This document shows positions 28,001-39,650 of a stretch of DNA of 64,000 bases, piece by piece. The notes beneath the pieces were generated by a model. It was not told where the DNA came from and searched no databases. It saw only the letters and a program-made list of their open reading frames with translations. Position numbers and translations under genes: made by a program. The stretch covers positions 992,001 through 1,056,000 of the forward strand of contig JAYWIR010000007.1 in the NCBI GenBank assembly GCA_036172245.1. The letters are read 5' to 3'. The DNA is from Raillietiella orientalis (lineage: Eukaryota). The first letter of the stretch is position 1; each line of letters begins with the position of its first letter.

Positions 28001-31000
28001 CGACCGCTTGGGGGGAGCCCAGAACGGAGCTCCGTTCCTGGCTGCTTCACCAGCCCGCGAGGGCTCTTCGGCCCTTCCGTGTGCTCACCGCTTGGACGCG
28101 ACAGCTATTCCTCAGCCCCAGGATAGCACCCCTGCCGCAGGGCTGCTTTCCGGGAGAAACGCGAGACGCCGCGAAACGGTTATTGCCGTCGGGAAAAAAA
28201 CGTCAGGGAAGAAGTTTGCGCGCTCACCGCCAGATGCTGTTGCGGTCGCGGGGCGCGACCAGATGGCCCGCTTATCGTTCGCCAAAAGCAGCGAGCGGGT
28301 TTCGGGTGAAGAGCGCCCACGTAGCAGAACCCGCCTGGCGTGGTCCTCGGCATCCCGATTGGTTCGGGGAAGGAGGTGGGAGAGCAAAAGGACATCTAGG
28401 ACGAGACGGGGTCAGACGGTTCGAATATCGCCAAACAAACTCAACGAACTGGTCAGCCCAATTCCGTTCCGAACACCCACCAGAGGGCAACCGGTCGGTT
28501 CTCGCGTGCAGAAACAACTCCGAGCGCCTAAAGCTGCTCCGCCAGCAGGGGTCCCCCAAGGTCCATTCCAGCGACCCGCCGCCTATCGCCCGATCTCTGG
28601 GGTCGGACTAGGAAGAAGAGAGACACCGGGAACAGCAGCTCGACCTCCATCTAGCCCCCGTGCGCGCGGACGCCCGCCGACGCGCATGTCGGTCCCTCCA
28701 TGCCGAAGCAGGAAGGGTCGACTCGCGGCGCAGAGTCTCTCCGGCCCCTACCGACGCGACAGCAGCTGGTTTACTTACCTGGCTTTGCGGACGAACACAC
28801 CGAGGGCGCCCGAGGGCGCCTTCTCGATCAGCCGGACGCGGGGAAAAGACCGACCGGCGCAAACGGAACAGCCGAGCGAGAGCGCGCCGGTCGGACACCT
28901 CCAAGGGGAAGCGCGTCACGCACTTCGGCTGAGACAGGAGGTGGAGACCGCGGTCGGGGGCAGTTAGGAAGAGGAAGCAACCTCGCGGAGGGAGCACTAC
29001 AGGAGAGCCTCACCGGCCCCATGACGTGGGAGGTCAGCACCGACGGAAGATATGTACCCGAGAGGCGAAAGCGATGGTGTTGAACCATCCGTTCCATGGA
29101 ATGAAACCAGCGCGGGCATGGCCGGCAACACTTCGACATTCCACAGAATCTCGTCCCGCCTGCCTCCCCAGAGCATCCTCCGCGCTTCTTCGCTCACGGC
29201 GACGCGACCCATTTGCGCACTTCCTTTGCCGGCCTCATTCCGCTTACCGAGGATGCGGGGCGCGCGACCCTTTCCGTTCATCCGCGAGCGCTCCTCAAGA
29301 CGCGAATGGCGCTCTGCTGCACCAGCCCCTGCGGCTTCGCGACATACGACACGGTTCTCGAAAGGGGAAGGTCACGACGGTGACCTCCATCTCGACGCAA
29401 GAGACCCTTTTGTTGCTCCGGAGCCCTTCCTCATTCGGAGACGACGGAAGTGCAAAGAGAGACCTGTCGCTGCAAGAGCTGCCTCCGGCCACCTTTCTCC
29501 CTCCCCAAGGCAACAGCAGCACCCCACCCGCCTACAGCATCCGCCGCATCTGAGTCGGTCTCGCCGCGCACAGAGGCTGGAATCGCTGGCGACGCGGAGG
29601 GAAACTCCCGCAGGGGTTTTGAAGTAAGAGACCCCTGCGCTCCTTGCTGGGGGAAGAAAGAACTTCGGTTGCGAAACGATGCAGCTGCCATCTATACCCC
29701 GTTCTGTATTCTGCGTCGCCTCCGCCGAGACAGAGAACACCAATCAATGGGAAAGAACGCGCCGAGGGTGACGTCTCATTCGCTGCTGCTCTCCTGTTTT
29801 ATCGGAGTGCGCGCCCTTGGCTCCCGCCCGCACCGACCCGACCGGTAACGACGTTCGTGATGCTCGCCAGCATGGCTCCTCCTTTGGGACGACAGGATTT
29901 CCTCCCTAGGCCTGCAAGCCGGGAATCCTGCCATGGCACCAGAAGGAGCGACCAGCACCACTACACGCTCTCTCTCTGCGGATCACGATGGATCCAGCTG
30001 ATCCATGCATCTATGTTCGCCACGTTTGTTTTTCGTGCGTGTGTGCGCGCAAGTGTGTAGGGATGACGTGACGATGCTGGAGCACTGACTCCGCAGGAGC
30101 ACTTGGTTTCTGTAGGACGGAGGGCACACGATTGAAGCAGCAGAGGTTGCTGCTGCATTGCCGAAAGCCAGATGCACCGAACCTTTGAGGAGATTCGAGA
30201 ATTCGCTGAACAGACGAGGCGCGCACGTAGCCCCAAGCTTTCAGGTCGAAAAATTGACGGAAGGCCAGGCATGTCCACCGACCCCCAGCCAATGTACGAC
30301 CGGCACTATGAAACTCGTTTAGCGCCCCCCTCCCCCATTGGCTGGAACCGGGCTGTCCTTGCAGGACCTCATTGTGACCTCAGTTGCAGCCCCTACGAGT
30401 TGGGCAAAGCGCCTTCGTAGGCGAACGAAAGATGGAGCCGCGACACTGGTGGCACAGCGTCCGTCAGTGCAGCGAGGCGGCATTCGAGCTGAAGAGAGCA
30501 CCACCGCTTCGTCTGAGCCACGATTTTCGGGATTCGAGTCGCCCCGTTTTCGGGACTCTGGCAAGCCACGAACGGGCGCACAGGTCGCTGGTTCCGATAC
30601 GCGACAGAGCAAGCGGAAACTGAAGGGTCACTCGGGGAGCAAAGTCAGTTTCGCGGAGCCCTTGGGCGCAAACTGGTAGCCTGTTGGAGCTACTGCTGCC
30701 CGCCGATTCACGAAGACCTCCTGGACAGTGCTCCCAGCCTGGACCGGAGGCTCGGTCGGTGAGTCACCAGCTACCAAGTTGCTGCCGCTTGCATCCGCAA
30801 CCGACCCAGGGAGATGCCTTGGTGTCTGCTTGCGCTCGTGATCAATCCTTAGCGGCAGATGCCCCTCGGATACAAAAGTGCCGGAGACGAAATGATCCCC
30901 TCCCTCCACATTGTTCAGCACGGAGTAGGTTCAAAGACGCGAGCCTTTTTCGATGAACGATAAGAAGAAAGAGGGAAACAGTAGGTGTTGCGGAATGTCG

Positions 31001-31104
31001 GACGCCGAGAGGCTTCACCGGCAGAATGCACCCTCCCCAATCTGATGATAACCCTTGAGCGAGAGTTCGATGCTCGCAGCAGGACGAACTGTCTTTCGAG
31101 ATGC

Positions 31105-31905
31105 GCCCGCGTCGGAGACTGCGCGGCTGCGGGGCTCAGCGCGTGGCACCAAGCGTTGCGGATTTGAATCCCCACGTATAGGATCGACGCCACAGAAATG
31201 GATGCGTCGTGGGTTTCAAGTTCCCCCGCAAGACGACGCTGGTTGGCCTGTGGGTTTCGGGTGAGGCACTGGTAGAAGCTGAAAAACCGGATGCTCCCAG
31301 TGAGTGATCGGATTGGAAGTTGACCTCCGGGGTCCTTCCAGGAATCAAGAATTCGGTTCCCTTCGGGGTTGTGCAAATGGAGCCGTCCCCCCCCCCCCCC
31401 CCTCGTGGATGGAACGTCTCATGGAGCTAGTGTTGGATCGATTCCTCTCCAGAAGGTGAAGAAGTGCGCTGCTCCCTTCGGGGAGCGGATCCTTCAGAGA
31501 AAATTTGGAAGCGTCCCTTCTGAGTCTCTTCAGAGGAGGAAACCAGGAGCAGTTCCCTTCCCAGGGGGTCCCTCCGGAGAAGAAATTCCAAGAGTGGACC
31601 TGATTTCCGGGTTCCCTTCGGAGAAAAATAACGAGCGACCCCCTCCGGGTGGTTTTTCCGCAGAGAACAAGAAAGAGATTCCCTTCGGGGTATCCTTCCA
31701 GAAACAACCAAGGTGGACGGTTCCCTCCCAAGCGTTAGAGGAACGGACTTCTTTCCCAGGAGCCCTTCCTGCATTCATGGGGTGGTCCCCTCCCGGGGCA
31801 GCCTCTAACTCGAAGACCTACTTACCTGACGCACCCTCGGATGGCGCGGCGCCGTGCTCAAGAGCTTCGTGGGCCGCCAGGCGAACGGTTCTCGAGATGC
31901 GAAGC
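31105..31905 (+). mobile_element. SINE-like hairpin-array element, copy A (near full length)
   Basis: Aligns by eye with copies B-E. 5' gcccgcgtcggag, degenerate B-box ggatttgaatccc ~31160-31172, repeated cccttcggg hairpins (~31359, ~31470-31489, ~31613, ~31678), 3' block gcaccctcggatggcgcggcg. Confidence 0.8.
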
Positions 31906-32878
31906 CAAAGCTTCAAATGGACCACCATTCAAAGAAACCAGCGTGATCGTCGTCTTTGGCAACTAATGATCGACAGTCACTTTTTTTTTTTTCCTTCTTT
32001 TCTTTGGATAGGACGGATGGGCGCCCAAGCGGCCATCAGGAAGGGAAAGAGCGCGTGCTTGCCACAGCAGATTCTCTTACGATGCAGCTTCGGACCGCGC
32101 AGAGATGCAGCAGCGGCGACAGCAGTCCTCGCACAACGCGGCGGGTCGGATGAATTTTAACCTCGCGCACGGCGTCGGTTCAGCAGTCTTCAAGCGGAAC
32201 GCAGTCGAATCCTATCTTATCAGGTTTTTGCTAGTGAAGAAGTGTAAGACACTTGTTTCCACGATCGGAACGGCAGAACGGAAGCCACAGAATTCAAACT
32301 CTGACACTGATTGGATACAGCAAAAGTCTTTCACCACTTTGAGTTAAACGATCGAGAAGACTTTCGACTCTTCTGCTGTCGAGCGGAACGAACGTTTCAA
32401 GGTGCCACTGCATTCGGTAGACCCCCGTGTAATGCGGGGTGGGCGCAATGGGGTCCACCGTGCTGTGATATCGGGTGTGCTGCCTACGCACCCCCAGGAC
32501 GCATCCCCCGGGTTACCTAGAGGGTCACTGCACTCAGACTGTTCAGGAAAGCAGGAAACGCTGATGCAGAGTCTCCTCCGCGGGTGACATGCAACGAAAG
32601 CGTCCGCCTCACTGGGCAATGCAAACGAAAGGACCGGGCAGGAAAGGCGCATGCAGATCGCATCTGGGGGGATTCGAGCTGAAGTGCTGAATCCTGGTCG
32701 GATGAGGGATCTCCAAGCAGGTGCGATCCTCCCCACAGAAACGCGAAAAGGACAAGGCAGCGTTTTCGCATCATCGGGAAACTGCTACACATCGGAGGGT
32801 ACATGACGGGGGATGAGGGAAGATGAGGAGAGAAGGCCGATGGCGAGGAAAACTTTCGATGCTCCTCGCGCTCACCCA

Positions 32879-33230
32879 GAAGCGCGCTGCGTGCTCCCCG
32901 ACGTCCAGAGCACGTGCGCGCGAGTGTCCATACCGCGACGAATAGGAGAGGATTGAAGGATGTCCGTGAGGATGCGGGCGTCAGCCGCGCGACTTTTTGC
33001 AAGAGGAGTGGAGCAACTCTTCCCCAAATCATCTGGAGCCCTGGTGAATCCTGTCGGATTCACCGAGCAACAACCGCTGAAGCGGCTTGTCCCCATGCAG
33101 GAAGAACTGACCGATGCTTCCCGACTGCATTCGTGGCGTGGCAAATACCCACCACAACCACGGAACGGAGAACACGTCGGGAACGAGGAAAAGCTGCGGA
33201 CAATGCAACGGGCCATTCCCATCCACTCCA
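32879..33230 (+). pseudogene. Decayed Tc1/mariner-type (DUF4817/HTH-like) transposase fragment
   Basis: RSALRAPRRPEHVRASVHTATNRRGLKDVREDAGVSRATF, then after a frameshift LFPKSSGALVNPVGFTEQ...NEEKLRTMQRAIP. This resembles the RS.RT.ENVE.VR.S...LG.SR.T...L.PYK...L.P.D...R pattern of such transposases, but is heavily diverged. Confidence 0.35.
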
Positions 33231-34138
33231 CGGAGGCGTCTTGCAGACCGTAATCCGTTCCACTCGAGAGGACGTGTGACGTAAGCGGGAGAATATCCCT
33301 CCGTGTGCTCGGAGTCAAGCGCTGAAGCCGGGGAGAAGGCTGAAAGCACTCCCTGAGCCTCCGGGCCAGCTGTGACCAGATGAGGAAACTCTCAAGAGAC
33401 CACTAACTCTTGAGAGAGGAGCGCATCTGATTTCAAAGCCAAAAGGGCAAACCGCTCCGGCGCGCAGCGCACGTCGTCCGAGAGAGAATGAGAGTGCCCT
33501 CCCCAAAGATAGCGGCTCACGGGAATGCAAGAGGACGTCTTTCTCCACTATGATAAGAGGCCTTCCTCACCCCACCCCTCCCTCCCTTCACGAAAAAAAA
33601 AAATCATCGGAAGATCCAGAGGCAGCACGCAAGAAACGGACCGAATCCTCTGATGGGTGGTAACTAAACAGCGCGGAGAAGACACGCAACGAGGTGCATT
33701 CCTCAACGAGGAAGTCCCATCTGAGGGGCAATCCATCGGGAAGGAACGTCACAATACAGGATCAAAGAATGAGGACGCTCTCGCGACGGTGGGGAGATTT
33801 CACACGAGGACGCTGCGCAGGAGTGGAAGGGGAAAAGAGGAAATGAATAGCGGACATCCGGGGATGCCGTGCTCTGAGAACCTGGAAGCGGATGGAGGAC
33901 CTTCGCTGCTGGGCCGAGATGAAATAGGTAGGAAGAGCAAGGGGAACGCGCGGGCGCATCCGCTTTGAACCAGGGGGGAGAGAGAGCGGGATCCCGAGCC
34001 CCGAAAAACTCCCTTTGGAGGAGAAGTCCGACCGTTTATTGCCAGAGTGACCGGAGATCTCCCTTGCCTCATCCCACCCCTATGAAAAGGGGCAGGAAAA
34101 ATTCCGCGCGCTTTCCGGTCGAATGACGAGCCGATCGT

Positions 34139-34265
34139 CTCGGTGCACGCGGGCGCCGTCGTTGTGCAAGGAGCAGCCTCAGCGCGCATCTCGTGAGTTT
34201 GAAGCCCCATCTCTGCATCCACACTCCTTCGCCGCCCAAGGACCGCAACGGCAGGCGACGGTCAC
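34139..34265. repeat. ~125-bp direct repeat, copy 1 (copy 2 at 34924-35040)
   Basis: cggtgcacgcgggcgccgtcgttgtgca...gcatctcgtgagtttgaagccccatctctgcatccac vs cggtacccgcaggcgccgtcgttgtgca...gcatctcgagcgtttgatgcaccatctttgcatctac. Confidence 0.85.
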
Positions 34266-34439
34266 AGAGGGCCCCGTGTGTCGGTGGCACGGTCGACTCA
34301 ACCGCGAGCAAGGACGGTGCTTGCGAGGGCGGTGACAAAGGCACGCACCAAGTTTCCCCTACAGTGGAGCTCCTCGATCTCATTGCGTCACCTAATGGAG
34401 GTCCATCAAGGAGGGTGGGTGTGCGAAGACGCAAATTAG

Positions 34440-34790
34440 AATCTTCCCACTCGGGGAAGCACGGACGCTCGGCTGCCAACGTTGCGACCGAGAGGGCGGC
34501 CATTTTCGTTTGGACGCGGAAGCAGCATGACGACCGACAGTGACGAACAGCAAACCGCGGAGGTGCCGGCGGTGATGTGTGCGACCGGCGGCGCAAAGGG
34601 CACGCGGGTCGGCCAACAGTGGGGGCTGGGGTTCCCACAGTTCGACGCCTTCGGCTTCGACTTCAGCTCGGACGCAAAAAAAGCGTCACCTTGCGACATG
34701 CGTCGACCTCGTGTCCCTTCTGCAGAAAAGTACAGCTACAGCTTCCAGGATTCCTTCCTCGTCGTGAGGATCTCCTACGCACGGGAAGGG
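34440..34790 (+). pseudogene. Second decayed Tc1/mariner-type transposase N-terminal fragment
   Basis: GKHGRSAANVATERA / GDVCDRRRKGHAGRPTV...TVRRLRLRLQLGRKKSV...RKVQLQ resembles the S...TQRAF...GSV.D..RSGRP...VR.....P.KS...YKVQL pattern; contains stops and frameshifts. Confidence 0.35.
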
Positions 34791-34923
34791 ATGATCACAA
34801 TAGAGGGACTCTCGTAATAACGGCTCCCATAAGATCTGTTGGTCTCTCGCATATCTCTTCCGAGGGGACAAACGACGCCTGGAAAACAGTGGGTCCTCTT
34901 CTCTCCATCATTCCTCCAATCCT

Positions 34924-35040
34924 CGCGGTACCCGCAGGCGCCGTCGTTGTGCACTCAACGTGCATCTCGAGCGTTTGATGCACCATCTTTGCATCTACTG
35001 TTCTTCGCTTCTTAATGACTGCCACAGCAGCCAATGCCAT
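34924..35040. repeat. ~115-bp direct repeat, copy 2
   Basis: Matches 34139-34265 with a ~9-nt deletion and several CpG to TpG/CpA changes. Confidence 0.85.
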
Positions 35041-35105
35041 TCAACATCCCATCTGATGAAGAACGCCTTCGGATAAGAGCCTCCGCTCTGCTCCGTTGTT
35101 CATTA

Positions 35106-35148
35106 GGACGTCTGTCTGCTTGTCTTATGGACGTCTGTCTGCTTGTCT
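35106..35148. repeat. 20-bp exact tandem duplication (period 23)
   Basis: ggacgtctgtctgcttgtct at 35106-35125 and 35129-35148. Confidence 0.95.
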
Positions 35149-38100
35149 CTTCGAAAGTCCTCGCTCGTCTGCTGTCGAAGCTCGGATGCTGCTGCCCTCT
35201 TTGCGACCGGTTGGGAAGAGCTGCCACAGACCAACGCATCCGTAGGGATTCCACCCGTGCTGCTTTCCTACCTGGAGCCGATAAAGAGCGAGGGATCCCT
35301 CATCGCAACTGATCCTCGGGCCGTGGAGCAGCAAGGAAATGTTCTTCGGCCATTTCTTTGTTTGTTCCCTAACATCCCGCAGCCCTGGTGCAATCTTAGC
35401 TGGACTATTTTGATTCGCAGAGGCTCCACTCTTGAGTGCGTTTTTTTTTCTTCCCCCGTTCGAAACCAGCATCGGCGACCTCAGTCAGCCGTCCACTCTC
35501 ACGAGCATCCTCGTCACGCTTCGATCACCCATTTCAACAATTCCTGTTCAAACCGGTCCACGTGCCGGAGCCTCCCGATGAGACTCGCTGTCTGGAGCTC
35601 CTCCACAGTTGCTGCCGGCTTCCCTGACGTCGTCGGCCGGGCAACCAACAAGCGTCTCACTCCGGGCAGACTGAGCCCCTCTGTCAGGGCGGAGACGGCG
35701 GGCGCCCCGGGGGAGGCTGGGTTCCCCCGCCGCACAAAGGGCATCGCGGGAAGCGTGCGAAAGCTCAGCTCCCGCCGCTGCTGCCCTCTCTCGGTTCCGC
35801 AAACCTACTTCCCCAGCCACTCCGTCAAGGCTCTCTGGACCAGAGTTAAACCAAACATGTGCGAACGAAAAGAGCCTCCGCGGCGACCGTTTTACACCCT
35901 CGCCCTGCTGGTGCTGGCGGCTGTTTCTCCCGCGTCCCACCCCTTCCCCTCGTTCGTCCTGTTCTCTCCTTCATACGACTACAGGCGAGGCGGAATCGCA
36001 ACATACACAAAAGAAAACGAAAAAAAAACACTCATGCGCTCGGGATCCAGGGTGATGTGAAAACGAGTCCGGCTGAGCCTGGAATGCACGGAGAACCCCC
36101 CTGTGCGATCTGATCACCTCAGAAGCGCGGCTGCAACAAGTCGTAAAGGTCGACTCTTCGATCCTCTTCGGAGGTCGGCATCGACCTTTCCACTGATTTC
36201 ATGGAAACCGGCGGCAAACTGGGTATCCCACCTGCAATGACGCAGCGAAAGGAGCCATCCGAACGAAACAGTGGATGTTTCCAGCGACACGGACAATTCG
36301 CCATGTGTCAGAGATCATCTAAGGCAAGTCTGGGCGTTGGTGGCATCAAGCCTACACACGCGAACAGAGGAGGAAAATCCAAGGGTTTGGATGCAACGCC
36401 GAGGGTTCAAAAACGAAGTCTCCCAGTAAAACCAGACGGGGAGAGAGGTTGATGGGGTCCGTTCAGAGATGGCACTGGCAGGCGGATCGAGAGTGATGAG
36501 CAGAAAACGAAAACCAAAGACCCCCCCACACACAAACACACACTCTGATGGTGCGCCGCTTCGAGGTGGAGAAAAGTATGAAAACAGGGTGTTCTGCAGG
36601 GGGAGCGAGCAGCCCCGTCCGTGGTGACGCCGTCACGATGGAACCAGGTTGTCGGAGCACGAAAACACCCTGACGGCCTCACGAGAGATGCGCAACGAGC
36701 AAGCGGTGGTTGGGCAAAGCCTTTCCAAACAGGAAACGCGAAGGCCAGCGGAAGGACCCCTGTCCGACGAAAGCACGCGGGACAGTGTGGCGTGGTCCAC
36801 TCCGCGAGCTGTTTACCGGACCAGCCGGAAACTGATCTGTGCTTAACGCGTCTGCAACGGACGGAAAGCACGGCTCCCCTCTCAGCACACGGACACCTTT
36901 ATCCCGAGAACGACACCGATCTGCTTTCGCCGTGCAGGTTCCGCTTGTTTCGCTCGCCCAGGGGATACAGGGAGCGCGGACACTCTGGAGCGCCTACGGG
37001 GTCGGAAACGGATCCCTACTCGGCCACGAGTTGCGTTCCCGTTCCTGCGCCCTTGGCGTTCCTCGCGGGAGCCGAGCGCAGAACCGCAGCCTGCTTGGGT
37101 CAAATGCTCGCCGAAGGAGTCATTCGCCACTCGCATACCTGCGCGCCGTCGAAGCGTCCCCTTCGTTCGACAGCCACTGTTGGGGGCAGCGCGGGGATGG
37201 GTGGTCGGCGAGGATCCCGCCAGGGTCTCGCGGGACTTGAACGGGAAACCACCAGTCCGATCGGCGCGCGAGCGAGCGAGCTGCCGGGCGCCCGCCAGTC
37301 CCCCTCTCCCTCTCTTCGGGGTGGAATAACAGGAATGAGGGGGGGGGGGAAGGCTGTCACCACCCTCGCGACTCGTTACCCCGCGTCCCTCCGCGAGAAG
37401 GGTCCGTTGCTCGCTGCAGCCAAGCTGCAAAGGAACCGAGCGGCGGCAGGCCGACAAAGGTTCGCGCAATGCACGCAGCAGCACCTCGGGAACGGAGAAA
37501 TCCCCCCCCTTCCAGGCTCCCTGACACGCCTGTTTGTTTCGGAAACAAGGGAAGGGGTTTCTCCGTTGAAAGGGGGAAAGGCGTCCACCGATTAAGCGAG
37601 GGGCCGGGGGACAAAATGCATGCTCAGCCTACCTTTTGGCATGGCGCTCGGCGTTCGCCGCATGGCCGCTACCGTCGCCCGTCCAACCCGCACCGGCACT
37701 GGCGGAAGCGCGGCGGCAACGCACGCATGCCACGCTGCGCGTAGCGTTGGAAACACGCTGAAGCGGCGTGCCGCCGCCAGAGATCACGCGCGAGGCGTTC
37801 ACTGCAGGGAAGCGCGGCCTCTCCGCTGACCGCCTTGCGCCCGGCCGCGCAGGCAGCGCGCATGCTTGCGAAGAATCCCGAACGGGGGCAGCAGCCGAGG
37901 ATGCTCCCGAAGGGAGAGCGGAGGCAGCAGCCGCAGGGAGCAAGGTCGCGAGAGGTTGCTGGCATGCCGGGGAAGAAGCGGACCCCGAGCAGCCAGCGGC
38001 ATCGCCACTCGCGAGCAGCAGCCTTGCTGCCACCTCGCTTCGCGGAGGAATGCGGCGGCGACATCAGCCCCGTGGCTGCTGCACAAAAAAGGGGAAAAAA

Positions 38101-38304
38101 AAAAAGGGTACACCGCCCTCTTGAGCTTCTTCCCTGTTTGTTTGTTCGTCTCCTTCCCTACCTTGGGAGAAGCAAAAAAAAAAAATAACTCGCGGACTAA
38201 GATTGAAGGGAGTTGCAAATCTCGAGAAAAGTTCTCGACCCGTTGCCTGGGAACTTGTTTTTTTTTTTGGGGGGGGGGGTTCACCTCCTTTATGGAGGGG
38301 GGGA

Positions 38305-39650
38305 CGCTCACGAAATTCTTCCACACCGTCGTCCCCGCCATCCGAGGGTGCGCGTGACTCTCCAAGTTAGAGGAGGCACCCCATGGATCCAGGAAGGCTC
38401 CGGAGGAAGGAGTCCTTTCCTCTGACGCTTGGGAAAGAACTTCGAAGGGAACCTCCTCCTTGTTGTTACCCCTCCGAAGACAACCCTGAAGGGACGCTTC
38501 TCAGTTTCTCTCTGAAGGGCACTACCCGAAGGGAGCAGCGCGCTTCTTCACACTCTGGGGAGGCATCATCAGTCCTCCAGCTCCATGGTACTCAATGGGG
38601 AGGGTTCCCCTCTGAAGGGAGAAAGGGACGACTCCATTTTCATAACCGGGGGGGGAATGGAGGCTCAACTTCCAATCCCGGCCAGTCAACGGGGGGACGT
38701 CCGGCTCCCATTAGTGCCGCGACCCGGAGTGCTCGGCCTCGTGGACTTTTGCGCTGGGGAGTGCTACTGGGTATTCCGGAGGAAGACCTGCAGTGACCCC
38801 AGTGCTCACGAACACCCGCACCCTTCCTTTAAAGTGGCAGGAGTCGGCATTGATGCTGCTGCACTGGAGCCTCCCGTGCAACGCCCGCCGACATCATTGG
38901 ACACGAGTGGATGTGAACCCAAACTGTGCGAGGTGTGGGGAGCGGAAATCCTTCCCGCAGCTCCTGGTAGACTGGGTTGCCCTCCGACCCCTTTGGGGAC
39001 GCTTGACCACAACTCTTGGAGCCCCCGGCGGCATTCGACTCCCTCACGCCAGCAGGCCGCATCCCCAGAAGCCCTGTGCTGCCTACGCGGGATCGTGGCC
39101 GCATGGAACAACGCTAGAGGAGGCCAGAACGACAGGGGTGCCATCCATTTTGCTGTCCTCTTCGTGAGGATAGAGTCAGGATGACCCCATGTGGGAGTCT
39201 TGAAACAGGAACTTGCCGGCATCCTTACAAGGATGCAGAGGACACCCTCCAGCACACAGAGATCCCTTCCCGAACCCCTTTCCCCCCATTTTTTGACTGT
39301 ATGTTTTTTGTTTTATTTTTTTCTCTTTTTATTCGTCTCCCCATCCCCTGTGCTGCCGAGTCGAACCCCGCTTGCCTGAGTGCCAGATCCCGGCAGGTTC
39401 CTTTTCGTAGTTATAAGCAACGCGGCAGGATCAAACGTCCTGCTACAGACGTTGCTGCTTATTCTATAAATAAATGCCCTGGCGTGACCGAGTGTCAACC
39501 AGCGCCGCTCCCGAAGCCTACAGGCCAGCCAGAGTCATCCTGTGGGGAGGACTCGAAACCCGCATCGTGCCCACCCATCCTTCTCCGGTCGGGATTTGCA
39601 CTCGCAGCACTTGGTCGCCAGCGCGGGGCTTGGCGAATCCCGAACAGGAG
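38305..39650 (-). mobile_element. SINE-like hairpin-array element, copy B, split by a LINE insertion (pieces ~38305-38728 and ~39499-39650)
   Basis: gccatccgagggtgcg, ccaggaaggctccggagg and cccgaagggagcagcgcgcttcttcac match the reverse complement of copy A. Homology stops at 38728 and resumes at 39499 (ccagcgccgctcccgaagcctacaggccagccagagtcatcctgtgggg). Confidence 0.75.
38729..39498 (+). mobile_element. 5'-truncated L1/Tx1-like non-LTR retrotransposon 3' end (zf-RVT remnant), copy 1
   Basis: W..LLGIPEEDLQ*..RTLPLKWQESALMLLHWSLPCNARRHHWTRVDVNPNCARCG..QLLVDWVALRPLWGRL (zf-RVT-like, frameshifted), T-rich 3' UTR, and terminal aataaatgccctggcgtgaccgagtgtcaa shared with copy 2. Confidence 0.75.

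Noticed and set aside
25400..31000. Long GC-rich ORFs such as 25436-26332 and 27951-28967
   Set aside because: No recognisable domains or coherent splice structure
31350..31700. CRISPR-like or bacterial terminator reading of the cccttcggg repeats
   Set aside because: Units are short, degenerate and irregularly spaced, the intervening sequence is shared between copies, there are no cas genes, and the context is eukaryotic
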